The translations under genes and the position numbers were made by a program. This document shows positions 57,100 to 60,749 of a DNA stretch of 60,749 nucleotides, piece after piece. The stretch comes from Pirellulales bacterium (GTDB taxonomy: Bacteria > Planctomycetota > Planctomycetia > Pirellulales > PALSA-1355): NCBI GenBank assembly GCA_041750795.1, contig JBGSYQ010000368.1:1-60749 (forward strand), written 5' to 3'. Within the stretch, counting starts at the first letter, position 1. Each line of letters begins with the position of its first letter. The notes beneath the pieces are model-generated. The model was not told the origin of the DNA, did no database searches, and was given only the letters and a program-made list of their open reading frames with translations.

Positions 57100-57591
57100 C
57101 TTGCATTTCGGCGTGCCGTAGCCTTGCCTTCGCATGTGGAAAAGTGGGGAAGGATGGCGCGACAACCGTGAATGGTTCCAAGAAGGTTCACACGCACGAT
57201 GCGCTCGATCTCCTCGGCGGTCCATTTCGACGAAGTTGGCGTACTCGCTCACTGCAGCGTCGTTGATCCAGGTGTCGATGCAGCCCTGCCATGCCATCGC
57301 TTCCTCGGCCAGGCGATCGAGTTGCTCAGGCTTGGCGACGTCGGTGACGATCGCAATGGCATGGCCGCCAGCGGCCTTGCATCTCGTTTTCCACCAATCC
57401 CAGCACCCGTTCGTTGCGTGCCGCAAGAACGACGTGAGCACCCTGCGATGCAAAGCGAATTGCCGATTCTCGGCCAATCCCAGATGACGCTCCAACGATA
57501 ACCACGACCTGCTCTCGAACAGGTCGCGGGTGCGTATCCGAGCCTTTCCGATCTCTTCTGGTCCTTGAACGTTCAGCGTGGCGTTCTTCAT
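57100..57591 (-). pseudogene. Short-chain dehydrogenase/reductase, frameshifted and truncated
   Basis: VIVGASSGIGRE, VLAARN, TDVA, IDTWINDAAV and VNLLGTIHG spread over different frames. Confidence 0.75.
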
Positions 57592-57651
57592 GCCCCCCTC
57601 CCTACTCCTGCTTGAGTATTCATCAAGGCGGGATCGATTTCTCGGAGGGCG

Positions 57652-57667
57652 AGCAAATGATGTACCG
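57652..57667 (-). promoter_or_regulatory. sigma54 promoter (SDR side)
   Basis: Minus strand CGGTACA-TCAT-TTGCT, 15/16 identical to the 44231 site. Confidence 0.65.
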
Positions 57668-57738
57668 TCTACCAATTCGACTTCTTTCAACCAATTCGCA
57701 GCGTGTGCTAAAGCCCCGTGACCGACAAAAAGGCGCAA

Positions 57739-57754
57739 TGGCACGCGTTTCGCA
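57739..57754 (+). promoter_or_regulatory. sigma54 promoter (topoisomerase side)
   Basis: TGGCACG-CGTT-TCGCA. Confidence 0.65.
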
Positions 57755-57842
57755 GACGGAACGCGCGGTACTCGAAAGTTGCGCAACCGCTGTCGACGTG
57801 TGGCCGGCGCGCTGCCGCACTGGTCTACCGGAAGGCGTGCCA

Positions 57843-58922
57843 ATGGTAAAAGGACGTCGAGGAAGCAGTCTGGCGCTGTCGTTAACCCGCCCCAGCGCGT
57901 CGCCGCCGTCGGCGCAGTTGGCTGGACTGCGCTACACCAGCGATACAGAGCCGGGCTATCGTCGCGTTCGACGCGGGCGAGGCTTTATCTATCGCAACGG
58001 CTCACGCCAGCCGGTGTGCAGCGCCCGTTTGCTAGCGCGATTCGACGCACTCAGGATTCCGCCGGCTTGGTCCGAGGTTTGGATCTGCTACTACGAGCAC
58101 GGGCACTTGCAGGCCACGGGCCGCGACGCACGGGGCCGCAAGCAGTATCGCTATCACGACCGTTGGCGTACCACCCGCGACCGATTGAAGTTCCAGCGGA
58201 ACATCAGCTTCGCTCAAGTCCTGCCGCGAATTCGACAGCGGATTGCCCGAGACCTGCGTCGGCGTGGTCTTGATCGTCGCAAGGTATTGGCGGCTATGGC
58301 CCGATTGTTAGACCAAGCGCAGTTGCGAGTCGGCGGCGAGGAATACGCGCGAGACAATGGCTCCTTCGGGCTGGCAACCATGAAAGATCGGCATGCGTGT
58401 GTTCGCGGCGCTGACACGGTAATCCGCTACCAAGGGAAGAGCGGCAAGACGCGTGCGGTCCGGCTCATCGATCCCGTGCTGGCGCGAATCGTGCGCAAGT
58501 GCCAAGACCTGCCAGGACAGGAACTGTTTCAGTACGTGGACGAGACCGGCAATGTGTGTGACGTACGATCGCAAGACGTGAACGACTACGTGCGCGAGGT
58601 CAGTGGTGGCGATTTCACCGCCAAGGACTTTCGCACCTGGGCCGCGACGATTCTGGCAATAGGCTGTTTGGGCGACCGGCCGCCTCCAAAGTCGGTTGCG
58701 ACGCGAAAACGTGACATCGCAGAGGCGTTACGCACGGTGGCGACGCAACTTGGAAACACGCCGGCCGTCTGCCGCAAAAGTTATGTGCACCCGGGAGTAC
58801 TGGAAAGTTATCTGGCGGGCGAACTGCAAGTTGCACGCAGTCGAAAACGCACGAGTGGTCTCTCGGTGATCGAAGCCGCCGGGTTGGCCACGCTGCGCAG
58901 TCTGGCCAAGCAAGACGCTTGA
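57843..58922 (+). CDS. Bacterial DNA topoisomerase IB
   Basis: IPPAW, GRDARGRKQYRYH, RVG, GKSG, KDFRTW, LGNTPAVCRKSYVHP. Confidence 0.92.
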   Translation: MVKGRRGSSLALSLTRPSASPPSAQLAGLRYTSDTEPGYRRVRRGRGFIYRNGSRQPVCSARLLARFDALRIPPAWSEVWICYYEHGHLQATGRDARGRKQYRYHDRWRTTRDRLKFQRNISFAQVLPRIRQRIARDLRRRGLDRRKVLAAMARLLDQAQLRVGGEEYARDNGSFGLATMKDRHACVRGADTVIRYQGKSGKTRAVRLIDPVLARIVRKCQDLPGQELFQYVDETGNVCDVRSQDVNDYVREVSGGDFTAKDFRTWAATILAIGCLGDRPPPKSVATRKRDIAEALRTVATQLGNTPAVCRKSYVHPGVLESYLAGELQVARSRKRTSGLSVIEAAGLATLRSLAKQDA

Positions 58923-59304
58923 CGCCTTATGTCGAACCGGTTGGGGCGGGCTTTAGCCGCGCTTTGCCTGCGGGCGAACATTTCCTGCCACATCGTGTGC
59001 CGATCGTCCTGATGTCGTGTCGCTTGATCTGGGGATGCCCGGCTTTGAGGTTGCCCGTCGAATTCGGGAGGATCGCAGTTACGACAACATCGTATTGATC
59101 GCGCTATTTGCCGTGACTCTTGCTCGTGATCACCAACGCGGAGCGAAGCCCGTCGCCGTTGCTTCGAATCCACCTGGTTGGTGATGACCCGTCGCGATCG
59201 ATTATGGGGAAGGGCCTGTTGCGCGACCATTCTGGTCAAACTTCAAACAGCGCGCCCGACCCTCCACCCGTCAGTTTTGGGGTGTATAGCATTTCACTTC
59301 GCAT

Positions 59305-59320
59305 TGGCATCTGATTTGCA
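59305..59320 (+). promoter_or_regulatory. sigma54 promoter
   Basis: TGGCATC-TGAT-TTGCA upstream of 59398. Confidence 0.7.
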
Positions 59321-59397
59321 TTTAGCGGGGTCGCTTGCACGCTTTGTCAGGATGCAACGCATCGCGCCACTTCCATTGTTAACAAACGGGCACGGGC

Positions 59398-59868
59398 ATG
59401 GACTCTTCATTGCGAATCGCCATTGCGGATGATGAACGATCAACGCGAGAGGTGCTCCGCCGAATGATCGAAGACTTGGGCCATAGAATTGTGGCGATGA
59501 CGGACAACGGTCGGTCGCTCATTGAACTTTGTGAGGTCACACGTCCCGACGTGATTATCACCGACAACTTGATGGCGGATATGAATGGCCTGGATGCCGC
59601 TTGGAAGATTTACCAAGCGCGACAGACTCCAGTCGTCCTCCTTTCCGGTTATTGCGACCCAAAGACGGTTCGCGATGCCGAGCAAAAGCATATCCTCGTC
59701 TACCTGGTAAAACCGACTAGCAAGATTTATCTCGAAGCAGCGTTGACGCGCTGCCTTGATGAACTGTCTGTCGCGCCTCATAAAGACGCAGAACATTGCG
59801 ACGTGCAGTCGCGCGTGGCGCCGGCGACGGATTCTAGGTACGCGAGACACCCAGGGCACACGCACTAG
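59398..59868 (+). CDS. Receiver-domain protein (resembles ANTAR-type regulators, no output domain)
   Basis: IAIADDE...ITDNLM...LLSGY...YLVKP. Confidence 0.8.
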   Translation: MDSSLRIAIADDERSTREVLRRMIEDLGHRIVAMTDNGRSLIELCEVTRPDVIITDNLMADMNGLDAAWKIYQARQTPVVLLSGYCDPKTVRDAEQKHILVYLVKPTSKIYLEAALTRCLDELSVAPHKDAEHCDVQSRVAPATDSRYARHPGHTH

Positions 59869-60019
59869 AACGGTGTTACCTGGAGTCGGCACGAAATTTG
59901 TCGATGGGGGAAGAACGATTCGTAGCGACCAGCATTGCGGGAGGCGTCGCCAACGTTGCTAGTCGACAATCCTCGTCCCCGGGGCGGCGCGATCGGAGTT
60001 TGTGCACACGTACGGCTGA

Positions 60020-60106
60020 TCAGGCGATCCTGCGACCTTGCACGAGTTGAAGTACCAAGACTACCAGGGCCACGATGAGGAGGATATGAACCAGGTTGCC
60101 GCCGAC
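60020..60106 (-). pseudogene. Third lmo0937-like gene, 5'-truncated
   Basis: VGGNLVHILLIVALVVLVLQLVQGRRIA-stop aligns with the copies at 6661 and 9352. Confidence 0.75.
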
Positions 60107-60502
60107 CAAAGCAGATGCCGAGGCGGCATTCGACTTGTTTGTGGCCACATACCGGGCCAAGTACGACAAAGCCACCACTTGCCTGTCAAAGGACCGCGAC
60201 GTGCTGCTCTCGTTCTACGACTTCCCGGCCGAGCACTGGCGTCACCTGCGCACGACCAATCCCATCGAGAGCACGTTCGCCACGGTCCGACTGCGGCATC
60301 GCCGCACCAAAGGAAACGGCACGCGACAAGCGTGCCTCACCATGGTCTTCAAGCTGATGCAATCCGCTCAGCGGCGCTGGCGGCTCTTGAACGGCTCCGA
60401 GTTGCTCCCCGACGTGATCCAAGGAACCCCATTCATCGACGGAATCAAATCCCAAGAAGCCGCCGCCTGAACTCTCCCGTCCACAATTTTTGACAATAGC
60501 TC
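60101..60502 (+). mobile_element. IS256-family remnant: transposase 3' end and right end
   Basis: FYDFPAEHWRHLRTTNPIESTFATVRLR (stop at 60470); terminal CCACAATTTTTGACAATAGCTC. Confidence 0.85.
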
Positions 60503-60611
60503 AGATCGACTTCGCTTTGCCTGCCATTTGACTTCGCCGGAAACAAGGCCGTGCGTTTCTCGCTGGGCCGTTATGGACGCATTTCGCATGCCATGACTCA
60601 GGGGGTTTCGT

Positions 60612-60749
60612 CAGGGCGATTGCACGATAAGTCATGATCCGAGCAGGACTTGTTGGAGGTAGGTTTCGTTCCAGCCGGCGATGAGGCGTTTGTTTTTGAT
60701 TCCGACCTTGGCGGTCGGCTCGTTTTTTAGCAGCGCCAAGGCGGCGCGG
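60612..60749 (-). mobile_element. ISAs1-family element end (transposase C-terminus 60632-60749, continues beyond the window)
   Basis: RAALALLKNEPTAKVGIKNKRLIAGWNETYLQQVL-stop; terminal CAGGGCGATTGCACG. Confidence 0.75.

Overview
GC-rich bacterial accessory region, most likely from a planctomycete (inferred from the YXWGXW-repeat protein, DUF2294/CsrA pairs and a CsrA-receiver fusion). Layout: (1) 1-14 kb, general-stress and small membrane protein cluster (CsbD x2, DUF2294 x2, CsrA, cold-shock-like, lmo0937-like x2, DUF883, AI-2E, Pmp3 and several microproteins missing from the ORF track). (2) 14-32 kb, dense signalling block (CsrA-REC fusion, two CheB-CheR-PAS-kinase fusions, other kinases, NarL/FixJ regulators). 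(3) 32-38 kb, serine hydrolase, a MITE, a tRNA split by a 169-nt insert and a KaiC-like/kinase module. (4) 38-52 kb, mrpA-G followed by a Rieske/cytochrome bc/caa3-type oxidase operon with several non-canonical catalytic residues. (5) 52-60.7 kb, copper/redox genes, topoisomerase IB, pseudogenes and IS remnants. The best candidate for an undescribed system is a ~106-nt structured leader RNA present twice (2094-2200 and 5285-5390). Each copy follows a sigma70-like promoter, can form alternative antiterminator/terminator folds, and heads an operon encoding a putative RNA-binding protein. A set of sigma54 promoters heads many of the other operons. All calls were made by eye from the sequence and ORF track; no database searches were run.
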